A stretch of 63,222 nt of DNA, counting the filler, from Octopus bimaculoides (lineage: Eukaryota), in assembly GCF_001194135.2 (NCBI RefSeq). It is 7 parts of 5 records of this genome, joined end to end, with 100 filler letters (N's around TTAATTAATTAA, not from the genome) between each part and the next. Parts side by side here need not be neighbours in the genome. Positions count along the whole stretch, not along the records: positions 1 to 15,919 come from NC_068985.1; positions 16,020 to 24,731 come from NC_068991.1; positions 24,832 to 44,479 come from NC_068985.1; 4 more parts are not named here. One strand, given 5' to 3'. How positions within the stretch are numbered: position 1 is the stretch's first letter; the number at the start of each line of letters is the position of its first letter. The notes under the pieces were generated by a model that made no database searches, was not told where the DNA came from, and saw nothing but the letters and a program-made list of their open reading frames with translations. Of this stretch, positions 12,584 through 25,763 are shown in pieces. A program made the position numbers and the translations under genes.

Positions 12584-13806
12584 ATATTTAATCCTTTATA
12601 TTGAACACTCAATATTTCATATATTCACTACGACATATTCCATATATTCAATAAGACATTCAATACTTCATTTCATTATACCATTCATTTTTATATTATA
12701 TATTATATAGTCCATATTCTATATCCCACATTAACTTTACAAGAATATAAATAAAACATAAAAAACAGACAGAGTTGGAATTCTTTTAAATAAAATAATA
12801 ATAATAATAATNNNNNNNNNNNNNNNNNNNNNNNNNNNNNNNNNNNNNNNNNNNNNNNNNNNNNNNNNNNNNNNNNNNNNNNNNNNNNNNNNNNNNNNNN
12901 NNNNNNNNNNNNNNNTATATATATATGCATGTATGTATGTATGTATGTAGTATGTATGTATGTATACAGACATGCAGGAAGTGAGATATCATTACGGTGG
13001 AACTTGAAGATGATAGAGCCAGAAGTAATACCAAGCAGAATATTTCGTTAACAACTTTGCGGATGAAAATAGTCGAAAACTTGTATATGCATGCGTGCGT
13101 GTGTACTCTCATGTGAGTTATTTTTTGTATATAAATTATATAAGTACTAATATATTTTGTGATAACCGTTTTGTGAACTGAATTATTATGTGACATTTGT
13201 AAGCTTATGAAGCCAGGTGAGAATCATTTGTTGTTGTTCATGATGAAAAATTGTTTTCTAGCTTTACAGATTTTATGACGCGTCAGTATTAGATTTCAAA
13301 CAAAACACATTAACTCTGCTCTCCAGACAGGATGTAAAACTTGACACTGACAATAAGTTTGTTAGATTGTGTTTGAGACAACAATATTCAGTACATGAAT
13401 GAAAAAGTTTTACAATGGCAACACATCAATAGCATAACATAGAACGCTCTATTGCTGTTATAATTGAAGGCGATTATAGAACAACGGATACCAGGCTATG
13501 GAGAGCGCCATGATATTGTTTTAAATATTAGAGGGACCTTTCTTATGCAAAGCATATAAAAGAGAGAGTGAATTTTTGTCATTCATGTATCTGGAATCAG
13601 ATGAGTTCGATTAAATTGAATAAACTTCTTAAAATTTTGTGGCTGTTTTCTGTATTATCAGGTATTACATTTCACTAAAATGCAACATAATGGTACTTGA
13701 TATACATGTACAGATTGTTCGAGCTAAATTTGACGATTATATGTATCTTTTTTTTTCCGATACCAGCTTCATATATTTGTGAACAGTCAACACCGTCGCA
13801 GAGCAT

Positions 13807-14187
13807 GCCTAGTGAAATGCTTAGCAGTATTTGGTCTGTCTTTACGTTTTGTGTTCAAATTACGCCGAGTTCGACTTTGCCTTTCATCCTTTCGGAATCG
13901 ATAAATTAAGTACCAGCTGCGTACTGGGGTCGATCTAATCGACTGGCCCTCAAATTTCGAGCCCTGAGTCTAGAGTAGAAAAGAATCGTTAGCACGTCGG
14001 GCGAAATGCTTAGCGGTAGTTCGTCTGTTTTTACGTTCTGAGTTCAAATTCCGCCTAGGTAGACTTTGCCTTTCATCCTTTCAAGGTCGATAAAATACGT
14101 ACCAGTTACGCACTGGGGTCGATGTAATGGACTGGGCCCCCTTCTCCCCAAAAGTTTGCAAGACCTTGCACCTAGAATAGAAATAAT
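13807..14187 (+). mobile_element. SINE family B head-to-tail dimer
   Basis: Two consecutive copies share AGAAT at 13982-13986. Confidence 0.88.
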
Positions 14188-15620
14188 TACTCTTACAAGT
14201 ATATTATATTCCTGGAGCAAAGAATTCTGTGGATCGCTTCCAGCCTGATNNNNNNNNNNNNNNNNNNNNNNNNNNNNNNNNNNNNNNNNNNNNNNNNNNN
14301 NNNNNNNNNNNNNNNNNNNNNNNNNNNNNNNNNNNNNNNNNNNNNNNNNNNNNNNNNNNNNNNNNNNNNNNNNNNNNNNNNNNNNNNNNNNNNNNNNNNN
14401 NNNNNNNNNNNNNNNNNNNNNNNNNNNNNNNNNNNNNNNNNNNNNNNNNNNNNNNNNNNNNNNNNNNNNNNNNNNNNNNNNNNNNNNNNNNNNNNNNNNN
14501 NNNNNNNNNNNNNNNNNNNNNNNNNNNNNNNNNNNNNNNNNNNNNNNNNNNNNNNNNNNNNNNNNNNNNNNNNNNNNNNNNNNNNNNNNNNNNNNNNNNN
14601 NNNNNNNNNNNNNNNNNNNNNNNNNNNNNNNNNNNNNNNNNNNNNNNNNNNNNNNNNNNNNNNNNNNNNNNNNNNNNNNNNNNNNNNNNNNNNNNNNNNN
14701 NNNNNNNNNNNNNNNNNNNNNNNNNNNNNNNNNNNNNNNNNNNNNNNNNNNNNNNNNNNNNNNNNNNNNNNNNNNNNNNNNNNNNNNNNNNNNNNNNNNN
14801 NNNNNNNNNNNNNNNNNNNNNNNNNNNNNNNNNNNNNNNNNNNNNNNNNNNNNNNNNNNNNNNNNNNNNNNNNNNNNNNNNNNNNNNNNNNNNNNNNNNN
14901 NNNNNNNNNNNNNNNNNNNNNNNNNNNNNNNNNNNNNNNNNNNNNNNNNNNNNNNNNNNNNNNNNNNNNNNNNNNNNNNNNNNNNNNNNNNNNNNNNNNN
15001 NNNNNNNNNNNNNNNNNNNNNNNNNNNNNNNNNNNNNNNNNNNNNNNNNNNNNNNNNNNNNNNNNNNNNNNNNNNNNNNNNNNNNNNNNNNNNNNNNNNN
15101 NNNNNNNNNNNNNNNNNNNNNNNNNNNNNNNNNNNNNNNNNNNNNNNNNNNNNNNNNNNNNNNNNNNNNNNNNNNNNNNNNNNNNNNNNNNNNNNNNATA
15201 TATATACACGTTGTGTTTTCGAGCAAAGCACTTCATCTCACTTTGCTCTGCGATCACTTCAACACCTGACGTGTAGGACACGGGACTATTTCAGTTTCCG
15301 TCTACCCTATGCACTTACAAGGCTTGATCGGCCCTCTGATATATAGTAGGACACTTGCCCAAGTTGAAACGCAGGGGACTGAACCTGAGATCATATGGTT
15401 AGGAAGCAATCTTCCGATCCCACAGCCACACTTGAGCCTATAGAAACATTGTGCCAATGTTTCAATAATATATTGCATCTCGTTTTAAAGATCACGGAAT
15501 ATATACTATTTTTATAATAATTTTATTCTCATGGAGACACCGTGGGTGCGTGAGTATGTGTGTGAGAGTGGGTGTATTACAGATTATATACAAATTTATA
15601 TGTATCTAAATATATATATG

Positions 15621-15654
<34 letters not shown>

Positions 15655-15919
15655 TGTGTGTGCATGGGTGAGCGTGCTTGTGTGTGTGCATGTGTGCGCG
15701 TATTTGTGTAGCCTTCACAGAAGTTGGTTATGATCACAATCGTTGCTTTCCAAAATTTACTCGGAAGAAAAAATAGAGATGTAGTTATTTATATAGGGAA
15801 TATTCAATAAAACTTATACAAAATGCTCGAGAATTATTTACGAGAAACGAGATTATTAAATTTCACTTGGTACGTAAAAAAAAAAGGCAAAACAATATCC
15901 TATAAATAAAAATGAACTT

Positions 15920-16019
15920 NNNNNNNNNNNNNNNNNNNNNNNNNNNNNNNNNNNNNNNNNNNNTTAATTAATTAANNNNNNNNNNNNNNNNNNNNNNNNN
16001 NNNNNNNNNNNNNNNNNNN
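15920..16019. other. Artificial contig spacer N44-TTAATTAATTAA-N44 (also 24732-24831, 44480-44579, 52999-53098, 60556-60655, 62013-62112)
   Basis: Six identical 100-nt units. The 12-mer is palindromic and gives TAA in all six frames. Confidence 0.95.
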
Positions 16020-16726
16020 ATATATATCTGTATCGATCCATATGCATGCATACGAGAATGTTTGAGCACACGGGAGCGTTGATATTCTTATGCCGCAAAA
16101 ATCAGAGTGGGTAGACCAAACCGATATGTGGAAGGGTGTTGTTCCCATCAACCTCGGCCACCTATACACACGTGCCGTCTGCTTGGTTTTCAGTATAACG
16201 TGGAGATCGAACTAAAGATCAACCACAAATATACTTCTGCCCATTTTGTTGCATTATAATAAGCCGCCAATATAGAGCGTTAATAGTTAGATTGACATTT
16301 GGTTCATTGCCACCTGCATGACGGATTATGCACTGAGTGATAAATGCGAAGGTGATGGAATTTGACATAAATCGGGATAATGTATCATGAATTTACAAGG
16401 CTCTAAGATATCTTAAAACCAGAAAGTTATTTTTAACCTGTGCTCAATACTGAGCACAAAAATGATGGCAGAAAACCTAGTTGCTATACTTGTGACAGCA
16501 GAAACCACTTGAAGGCTCTCTAAGGTGCTGGGATAACATAGAAATAGAGTGAGCGGTGAACGAATGCAGAACCAACAATACCAACAGCAGATTTTTTAAG
16601 GCTTTTGTTTTAATAACACCACGAATGTGATTGGTACTTTGAAATGATGGAGATCACCTAGTTCTCGATCTCAGAAGCGGATGATGCTGAAGTTTGTTTT
16701 TGTGCTTTTGTCTATCAAGATCACGC

Positions 16727-16746
16727 ACTACTACTACTACTACTAC

Positions 16747-16803
<57 letters not shown>

Positions 16804-16805
16804 GT
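16727..16805. repeat. (ACT)n/(AGT)n microsatellite with palindromic junction
   Basis: Perfect 42-bp palindrome 16727-16768 centred on ACTAGT. Confidence 0.9.
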
Positions 16806-17102
16806 AAGTAAATTCTGTAATTCTGTTCGGAGTGCCAGGACACATAGAGCTGAGTACGCGGTTTCTGTGGCGTAAAAATGACTAAGACCACAGCACGCAT
16901 GGCTGGGACACAAGTCCGTCGCAGGATTACTCATTTTACAGCTGAGTCAACTACAGCAGCCTGAAATGAAGCGTTTTTTGCTCAAGAACACAACGCAACG
17001 CACCAACCGGTCCGAAAAATCGAAACCACCACCTTGCGATCGCGAGTGCAACAACCTAACCACTAAACCACGCACCTTCACAACAGCAACAACAACAGCA
17101 GC

Positions 17103-17172
<70 letters not shown>

Positions 17173-19083
17173 TAAATGATGAATGTTTGGAAAGTTTGTA
17201 TCTTGATTATTGTATAAATTTGATTCCTTATCTTTCCTTTGTTGCTGTTGTTCTTGTTTTGTTATTGTTAATGATATTGCTGATATTGTTGCTGCTGTTG
17301 TTGTTGTTGTCGTTGTTTCTACATTAGTCATTAATGGAGATAGTATTGGAATGAAAACTTAGTTAATTTCCCTTAACTATAAAACACTATCTTAAGTTTT
17401 GTCACAAAACATTCAAAACTAAATTCGTTCTTTTCGTTTTGTTTACTCCGCATTTTCCCTATCATTATCATTATTATTATTGTTATTTTTTAATTTGTTT
17501 TAATTTGTTTTCAAATATTTTTAACTGACTGTTGTTCTTGATGTTGGCATTGTTTTTAGTTGGTTTTTTTTTTATATTTTGCATTTATTTATTTACTTAT
17601 TTATTTCCCAAGAAATTATATTTTATCCGTTGCACATTTATTTAAAGCAGCAAAAGAAACAGCATACGGTTCTATATTTTGTAATGCGTGTGCATGTGTA
17701 TAAATACATACGCACACACAAATGCACACATATATACATNNNNNNNNNNNNNNNNNNNNNNNNNNNNNNNNNNNNNNNNNNNNNNNNNNNNNNNNNNNNN
17801 NNNNNNNNNNNNNNNNNNNNNNNNNNNNNNNNNNNNNNNNNNNNNNNNNNNNNNNNNNNNNNNNNNNNNNNNNNNNNNNNNNNNNNNNNNNNNNNNNNNN
17901 NNNNNNNNNNNNNNNNNNNNNNNNNNNNNNNNNNNNNNNNNNNNNNNNNNNNNNNNNNNNNNNNNNNNNNNNNNNNNNNNNNNNNNNNNNNNNNNNNNNN
18001 NNNNNNNNNNNNNNNNNNNNNNNNNNNNNNNNNNNNNNNNNNNNNNNNNNNNNNNNNNNNNNNNNNNNNNNNNNNNNNNNNNNNNNNNNNNNNNNNNNNN
18101 NNNNNNNNNNNNNNNNNNNNNNNNNNNNNNNNNNNNNNNNNNNNNNNNNNNNNNNNNNNNNNNNNNNNNNNNNNNNNNNNNNNNNNNNNNNNNNNNNNNN
18201 NNNNNNNNNNNNNNNNNNNNNNNNNNNNNNNNNNNNNNNNNNNNNNNNNNNNNNNNNNNNNNNNNNNNNNNNNNNNNNNNNNNNNNNNNNNNNNNNNNNN
18301 NNNNNNNNNNNNNNNNNNNNNNNNNNNNNNNNNNNNNNNNNNNNNNNNNNNNNNNNNNNNNNNNNNNNNNNNNNNNNNNNNNNNNNNNNNNNNNNNNNNN
18401 NNNNNNNNNNNNNNNNNNNNNNNNNNNNNNNNNNNNNNNNNNNNNNNNNNNNNNNNNNNNNNNNNNNNNNNNNNNNNNNNNNNNNNNNNNNNNNNNNNNN
18501 NNNNNNNNNNNNNNNNNNNNNNNNNNNNNNNNNNNNNNNNNNNNNNNNNNNNNNNNNNNNNNNNNNNNNNNNNNNNNNNNNNNNNNNNNNNNNNNNNNNN
18601 NNNNNNNNNNNNNNNNNNNNNNNNNNNNNNNNNNNNNNNNNNNNNNNNNNNNNNNNNNNNNNNNATACAAACATACATACATACATAAATACATACATAC
18701 ATACATACATACATGGATACCTACATACATAAATACATATGCATAAACGTAATGCACATGGAACATGCAACGTCGCAACATGGAGACAAGGGAAAGATAA
18801 CAACGCCACAATCCCAGAGAGGGTTGTTAATTGGGCAAAGTTAGAAAGTTGACTTTTAATTTCTTCAGATATTTTAAACTTAAATTCATTTTGTCATCGT
18901 CAACCAATCAATATTTTTATTCCCATTAACATTTTCTTATCAGTTGCATCTTTTAGTTTTTCCTTGCGTTGTTTTTTCAGTGTTTTTTTTTTGTTGTTGT
19001 TTATGTTTTCTTGTTTGTTTTTCTTTACTTGGGGTAAAACAAAACTTGCTTAAGATATGTTGCACTTAATCAAAAAATAATAT

Positions 19084-19360
19084 ACAGGTATGGCTGTGAG
19101 GTAACAAGCTTGCTTCCCAACCAAATGGTTCCGGGTTCAGTCCCACTGCGTGGCACCTTGGGCGAGTGTCTTCTACTATAGCCTCGGGCCGACCAAAGCC
19201 TTGTGAGTGGATTTGGTAGATGGAAACTGAACGAAACACCCGTCATATATATATATATATGTATAAATATGTATATATTTGTGTGTCTGTGGTTGTCCTG
19301 GGGTCGATTTGGTCGACTAAAGGCAGTGCTCCAGCATGGCCGCAATCAAATGACTAAAAC
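19084..19360 (+). mobile_element. SINE family A with internal deletion
   Basis: The head and CORE-like block are joined through the microsatellite directly to gtcctggggtcgat...aaatgactaaaac. Confidence 0.85.
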
Positions 19361-19734
19361 ATCTGTCCGTTCCCCATATACTGTATGAATATTCCTCGCA
19401 CTTTCCGTTGCGTTGTTGTCTTTGCTGAACTCATAAAGCGAAATATGCCGAATATGCTCTTTTGTCACTTCCATTATAGATTTGAAAAAATAACTATTAA
19501 AATCGAACTTGGACTAAGAATAATTACAAGGTAAAATCACTCCCTGCTTTTATAGGAAGTTGATGCGGGTAGTTTATCCCATCCCACTCCGTATTTTAGT
19601 TCAGGCAACTGACAAAAGCGCATTATTTATGGGATGACCCAATATATGAAATGTTATGGTTTTCTGTGATGGGTTGTTGATATCGCATTATACTTTAGAA
19701 AACTTGTTAAGGCGCATAACTCGTCGTACTTTTT

Positions 19735-20090
19735 TATCATTTACTTGTTTCAATCATTGGACAGCGGTCATGCTGGAGCAACGCCTTGAACGATTTACTC
19801 GAACAAATTGACCCCATTATTTTTTCTTAAGTCTGTCGCTTATTCTCTTTGTTTCTTTTAGCGAACCGCTGAGTTTATGTGAAGTAAACAAATCAACACT
19901 GTTATCGAAGGGTAATGGAGGGTAAACAGTACACGAACACAAAGAGACACACACACGCGCATATACACGTCTGGCTTCCATGCAGTTTCCGTCAATCAGA
20001 TCCACTAAGTACTGATCGGTTCGGGGCTAAAGTAGAAATCACTTGCCCTAGGTGCAGCGCAGTGGGTCTCAAGCTGAAACCACGTGGTTA
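19735..20090 (-). mobile_element. SINE family A, degenerate
   Basis: The reverse complement aligns with both halves of the family. Confidence 0.7.
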
Positions 20091-20576
20091 TAAAACATGG
20101 GTTTGCTAAAATTATGGGCCTGAAGGAGCTATACAATATAACTAGTGTTAAGGGCGGAATTCAAAATAAAATTCGACTTTGGTTATAGGAATGAAAAGGA
20201 AATGATTTGCAATATAAACAGTGTCTCGCAGAAGGTTAAGGCTAAAAAGGGAAATGTGATCGTTCCTATCAAGTATCCGTTCATTCAAACGGTGGAACAA
20301 TATTTTAGTCGTTCAGTAGATATTTACCATAAGCGAGAATTGGTAACGATCGAACATTTATATAAAGCTATACATTGATAATGACTCTTGAAAATGAGAT
20401 ATTTTTCAGCTGTACACAACCTGCCACCTTTTGTACAGTTTATGAGTAGTCCGCATCTCTCGAAAACAATTTATTTGGTGTCAAATCTCGAAGTAACTGA
20501 ATACTTTTGTTACACTATTCTCTTCTATATTTCTGATGGAAGGAATATGATTAAAATATCGTTTACATTTACATTT

Positions 20577-20742
20577 AGGCGCAGGAGTGACTGTGTGGTA
20601 AGTAGCTTGCTTGCCAACCACATGGTTCCGGGTTCATTCCCACTGTGTGGCACCTTGGGCAAGTGTCTTCTACTATAGCCTCGGGCCGACCAAAGCCTTG
20701 TGAGTGGATTTGGTAGACGGAAACTGGAAGAAGCCCGTCGTA

Positions 20743-20825
<83 letters not shown>

Positions 20826-21105
20826 NNNNNNNNNNNNNNNNNNNNNNNNNNNNNNNNNNNNNNNNNNNNNNTGTATGTGTGTATATGTTTGTGTGTATGT
20901 GTTTGTCTCCCCTCCCCCCAGCATCTCTTGACAACCGATGGTGGTGTGGTTACGTTCCTGTAACTTAGCGGTTCGGCAAAAAGAGGCCGATAGAATATGT
21001 ACTAGGCTTCCAAAGAATAAAGTCCTGGAGTCGATTTGCTCGACTAAAAGGTGGTGCTCCAGCATGGTCGCAGTCAAATGACTGAAACAAGTGAAAGAGT
21101 AAGAG
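20577..21105 (+). mobile_element. SINE family A, full length (gap inside the microsatellite)
   Basis: Colinear with 30926-31364. Confidence 0.88.
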
Positions 21106-21109
21106 CATT

Positions 21110-21380
21110 CCATCACTGCAACACATATGTACATATTTCCACCAAATCGAACGACTTTCCCGTTCGATTTAATGGAGATGACTTTTGCTTCGTAGATAAT
21201 TACCTCTGCATTGCATGACTCATTAGGGGAGTCCGCATTTGTGTTTACTCTCGCCCTGTTAATCTCGACTCTTTCAGATGGTTTGTTATATGATAATTCA
21301 GCAGCTCGCTCTGTTGCAAGCACTCAGATCTCGTCTTTGCTTTGGGAATATTTCCTCCCTTCCAGCCTTCATCATAGAAG
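21110..21380 (-). mobile_element. Possible second Penelope-type GIY-YIG relic
   Basis: Minus ORF ...SCNAEVIIYEAKVISIKSNGK... resembles the C...IIY.A.V.S motif of Penelope endonucleases. Adjacent ccagccttcatca matches the hammerhead-like fragment at 34140. Confidence 0.35.
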
Positions 21381-21464
21381 GCCCTGAAAGTAAAAATAAA
21401 GGGTCATGAGTGCAAATCTTCTCTCTTTGATTAAACAATACGAAATGTATCTAATAATACAAAT

Positions 21465-21686
21465 GAGTGTAGTGGTGGCGGTGATGGTGGCGGTGATGGT
21501 GGTGGTGATGGTCGTCGTCGTCGTTGTCGTTGTCTTGGAGACGGTGAGAGTAGTATTGGCGGTGGTGATGGTGGTGGTGGTTTTGGTGGTGGTGGTGCTG
21601 GTGGTGGTGATGGTGATGGTGCTGGTGGTGGTAGTGGTGGTGCATGTAGTGCTACTGCTGGTGGCGGTGAGGGTGACAGCAGCAGC

Positions 21687-21742
<56 letters not shown>

Positions 21743-22960
21743 NNNNNNNNNNNNNNNNNNNNNNNNNNNNNNNNNNNNNNNNNNNNNNNNNNNNNNNNNN
21801 NNNNNNNNNNNNNNNNNNNNNNNNNNNNNNNNNNNNNNNNNNNNNNNNNNNNNNNNNNNNNNNNNNNNNNNNNNNNNNNNNNNNNNNNNNNNNNNNNNNN
21901 NNNNNNNNNNNNNNNNNNNNNNNNNNNNNNNNNNNNNNNNNNNNNNNNNNNNNNNNNNNNNNNNNNNNNNNNNNNNNNNNNNNNNNNNNNNNNNNNNNNN
22001 NNNNNNNNNNNNNNNNNNNNNNNNNNNNNNNNNNNNNNNNNNNNNNNNNNNNNNNNNNNNNNNNNNNNNNNNNNNNNNNNNNNNNNNNNNNNNNNNNNNN
22101 NNNNNNNNNNNNNNNNNNNNNNNNNNNNNNNNNNNNNNNNNNNNNNNNNNNNNNNNNNNNNNNNNNNNNNNNNNNNNNNNNNNNNNNNNNNNNNNNNNNN
22201 NNNNNNNNNNNNNNNNNNNNNNNNNNNNNNNNNNNNNNNNNNNNNNNNNNNNNNNNNNNNNNNNNNNNNNNNNNNNNNNNNNNNNNNNNNNNNNNNNNNN
22301 NNNNNNNNNNNNNNNNNNNNNNNNNNNNNNNNNNNNNNNNNNNNNNNNNNNNNNNNNNNNNNNNNNNNNNNNNNNNNNNNNNNNNNNNNNNNNNNNNNNN
22401 NNNNNNNNNNNNNNNNNNNNNNNNNNNNNNNNNNNNNNNNNNNNNNNNNNNNNNNNNNNNNNNNNNNNNNNNNNNNNNNNNNNNNNNNNNNNNNTACTAT
22501 CACCACCACCACCATTACTACTACCACCACCACCACCATCACTACTACCACCACTACCACCATCACTACTATCACCACCACCACCATCACTACTATCACC
22601 ACCACCACCACCATCACTACTATCACCACCACCACTATCACTACTATCACTACTACCACCACCACAACCACCACCATCATCATCACCGTTATTATTATAG
22701 GTGCAGCTATTACAACTGCTATTGCAACGATCATCGCCACCACCACTACCATCGTCACCCTCATCCACATCACATTTACCATCGGTGTCATTATTACCAT
22801 CACGAACGCTAGTAATACCACTACTACCGCCGCTGCCACCGCCTCTGTCACTATTAACCCCACTTTCGCCGCCGCCACCACCACCACCACTGCTAGCGTT
22901 TCCACTACCACACTCACAGCATTACGACCATCATCACATCGCCCACCGCCACCACTGAAG
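21465..22960. repeat. Low-complexity trinucleotide arrays, (GGT/GAT/TAG)n to the left and (CAC/CAT/TAC)n to the right of a 752-N gap
   Basis: Directly visible. These arrays produce the spurious poly-V/H/P ORFs. Confidence 0.9.
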
Positions 22961-23071
22961 CCATCATCATCACCAATGTTCGTTAGAAGTACTTCTGGCC
23001 AAAGGCACGAAGCCACATATTCGTCAGAGAAGATTGCTTCTAGAAATTTCTGGATTTGTGCAATCCTATAC

Positions 23072-23144
<73 letters not shown>

Positions 23145-23508
23145 TATGTACGTTTATACATGTGTATATATGTACATACATATATACATACATGTATATG
23201 AATATATATATACATATTTATCTGCATGTGCGTGTGTGTGTGTATGCGTGTGTAACATACACGGTAGTTGAATATTCATTGACAGATATTAATTTTCATA
23301 TACGCATAGATATTTATGAAAGGTATAGACATGTAAAAAACATGAGTGTAGATTAATTTGCTTGCCTGTGTATATATACATATTTGCAAACATATTTCTG
23401 TCAGGTAGTTCTATGTTGTGTGGTATATACAACTTGAGTATTTTGTGATACTGGGAGAAACATCACCCTGAGGGCGCTGTTCTCCTGGATTTTGCTTTAC
23501 ATATATAC

Positions 23509-23551
<43 letters not shown>

Positions 23552-23994
23552 GTCGTATGTTTGAATGCAGTGGATTCCATTGTCCAATGTATGTGTTGTT
23601 TCAAAACTTTTTTTTTTAGGAAGATCATAACATATAACGGTGAAGTATGAAAAGAAAGCGACGAAGAAGTATAGTGGAAAAAAACGACTTATAAACATTG
23701 AAAGATTGAAAGAGCTTGTGAAGCAACTTTCAGAATATTCAATAACTTTTCAACATTTATAAGCATTTAAAAACTTTTAATAACTTTTTTCAAGATTGTA
23801 TAAGTAAATATTTAATAAGTTTTGCACGTTGATAAAAAAAAAGTGTTTTGAAGGAATTTGGATAGTATACTTTTTCGTTATCTTTCATCCTACATTTGTT
23901 TTCAGTCATTGAACTGCAGTCATGCTAGGGCACGTCCTTGTAGGGTTTAACCCGAAAACTACGCCTAGATCTTATTCGCCTAGATTGGTCCTTG

Positions 23995-24215
23995 CTCTCG
24001 CTAAAAAGTGGGCTATGATGCCTTGGCTGTTGATGCGCAGACATGCGCTGAAGTTGAGGCGTGTGTGGATGGTGAGCAGGTGTGGTCGCCGTTCGTTCGA
24101 GCGTTACTTCCTAAGTTTGCTAGTTTTAGTGAATTAGGACCTTGGATCAAGTGTAGACCAAAGTTGAGTGCTTGGCAAGTGGAGTGTCGTCAAGCACTCT
24201 CACTTCTCTCTCGCA
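23995..24215 (+). mobile_element. Probable L1/Tx1-type LINE ORF2 fragment
   Basis: GC-richer, protein-like ORF ...DGEQVWSPFVRALLPKFASFSELGPWIKCRPKLSAWQVECRQAL... with no splice context. The clade assignment is from recall and is unverified. Confidence 0.35.
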
Positions 24216-25068
24216 CGGATAAGTATATAGTTGCTATTATGCAAAAGTGTCGTAAGTCCAAAACGTTGCTTTTTCAGGAAGCGAAAAAATAGTTTCAACA
24301 TTCAATTTCAATTTCAGTTTATCAATAATACTTTGTTGGGTGCATAAAATCCTAACTTCATGCATCTATAATTTCAATCAGAAATATTTTTGCCAAACTG
24401 TCGTATGTGGGACATGCTAAACCGTTGTATTACACTTTGACAATTTTCATCTGAAGCAGCTGGAGATACGATAGTTTTACCAAAAGAACCGGCTATTGCA
24501 AGCAAAATTAAATATTGAAAAAAACGCACGTTAAAGCACCAATATTGGGGGACAAACTCTGACACACAAATGCATACATACATGTATAACATATATATAT
24601 ATATATAAGACAGGATTCTTTCAGTTTCTGTCAACCATATTCACTCACAAGACTTCGGCCAGCTCGAGGCTATATTAGAAGACACTAGCCAAAGCTGCCA
24701 CGCAATGAGACTGGACCCGGAACCATGTGGTNNNNNNNNNNNNNNNNNNNNNNNNNNNNNNNNNNNNNNNNNNNNTTAATTAATTAANNNNNNNNNNNNN
24801 NNNNNNNNNNNNNNNNNNNNNNNNNNNNNNNTATATATATATATATATTTACATGCATATATATATATGTAGGTAAACATATATATATGCATATATACAT
24901 ATGTATATATATACTAATATTGATATATAAATATATACATATATCCATACATATATGTACATACCTACATCTATATGTATATATACATGCATATATGGGT
25001 ACAGGACATCACAAAAAAAACGTTAAACACAATGAGAAACGAAAACATAAAGACGAAGACAGAAAACG

Positions 25069-25106
<38 letters not shown>

Positions 25107-25538
25107 GTAAGTATCTGTATATATATGTATGTATATAAATATATATAAATAAATATATATATATAAATATATATATGTATGTATGTGTATGTATGTATGT
25201 ATGTATGCATGTATCTTACTCATTTCCATTACAACATGGGTTATAATCACAGTGGAACACAGACATATCGAAAATCATCTCGCAATATCATTCAATTTTA
25301 ATCGTTGATTTCTCAGTTTTGTCTATAATCATTTTTTATCCTCCTTTTACCTTTTACTTGTTCCAGTCATTGGACTACAGCCATGAATGGGTACCCCCTT
25401 TAAAGGGTTTCCGTCGAACAACTCCTGTACTTACAAAGAACACACATAGATATAGATATATATATACATGCATAGCCATGTAACTACACACGTGCTGTCG
25501 GTGATATTTTTCTTCTCTGGACTTTTCCGTTTTCCTTT

Positions 25539-25707
25539 CTGACGAAGAGCTCTATGCTCAAGATGTCAAAAAGCCTCTCTTTTGAACGAGGATCAAATTA
25601 ATGTATTCCATATGCACGTCCCCTTGTTTCCTTATTGTTATTTTCAATGTTCGATCATTTGATTTGACTACCTATCTATCTATCTTTCTTACTATCTATC
25701 TTTCTTA

Positions 25708-25763
<56 letters not shown>

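Noticed and set aside
14044-18811. 300-400 aa ORFs in the ORF track (also at 39137-40194 and 51315-52353)
   Set aside because: Almost entirely X from assembly gaps plus microsatellite flanks.
21406-23193. Long ORFs rich in V/H/P/G
   Set aside because: They are produced by trinucleotide microsatellites and read through N gaps.
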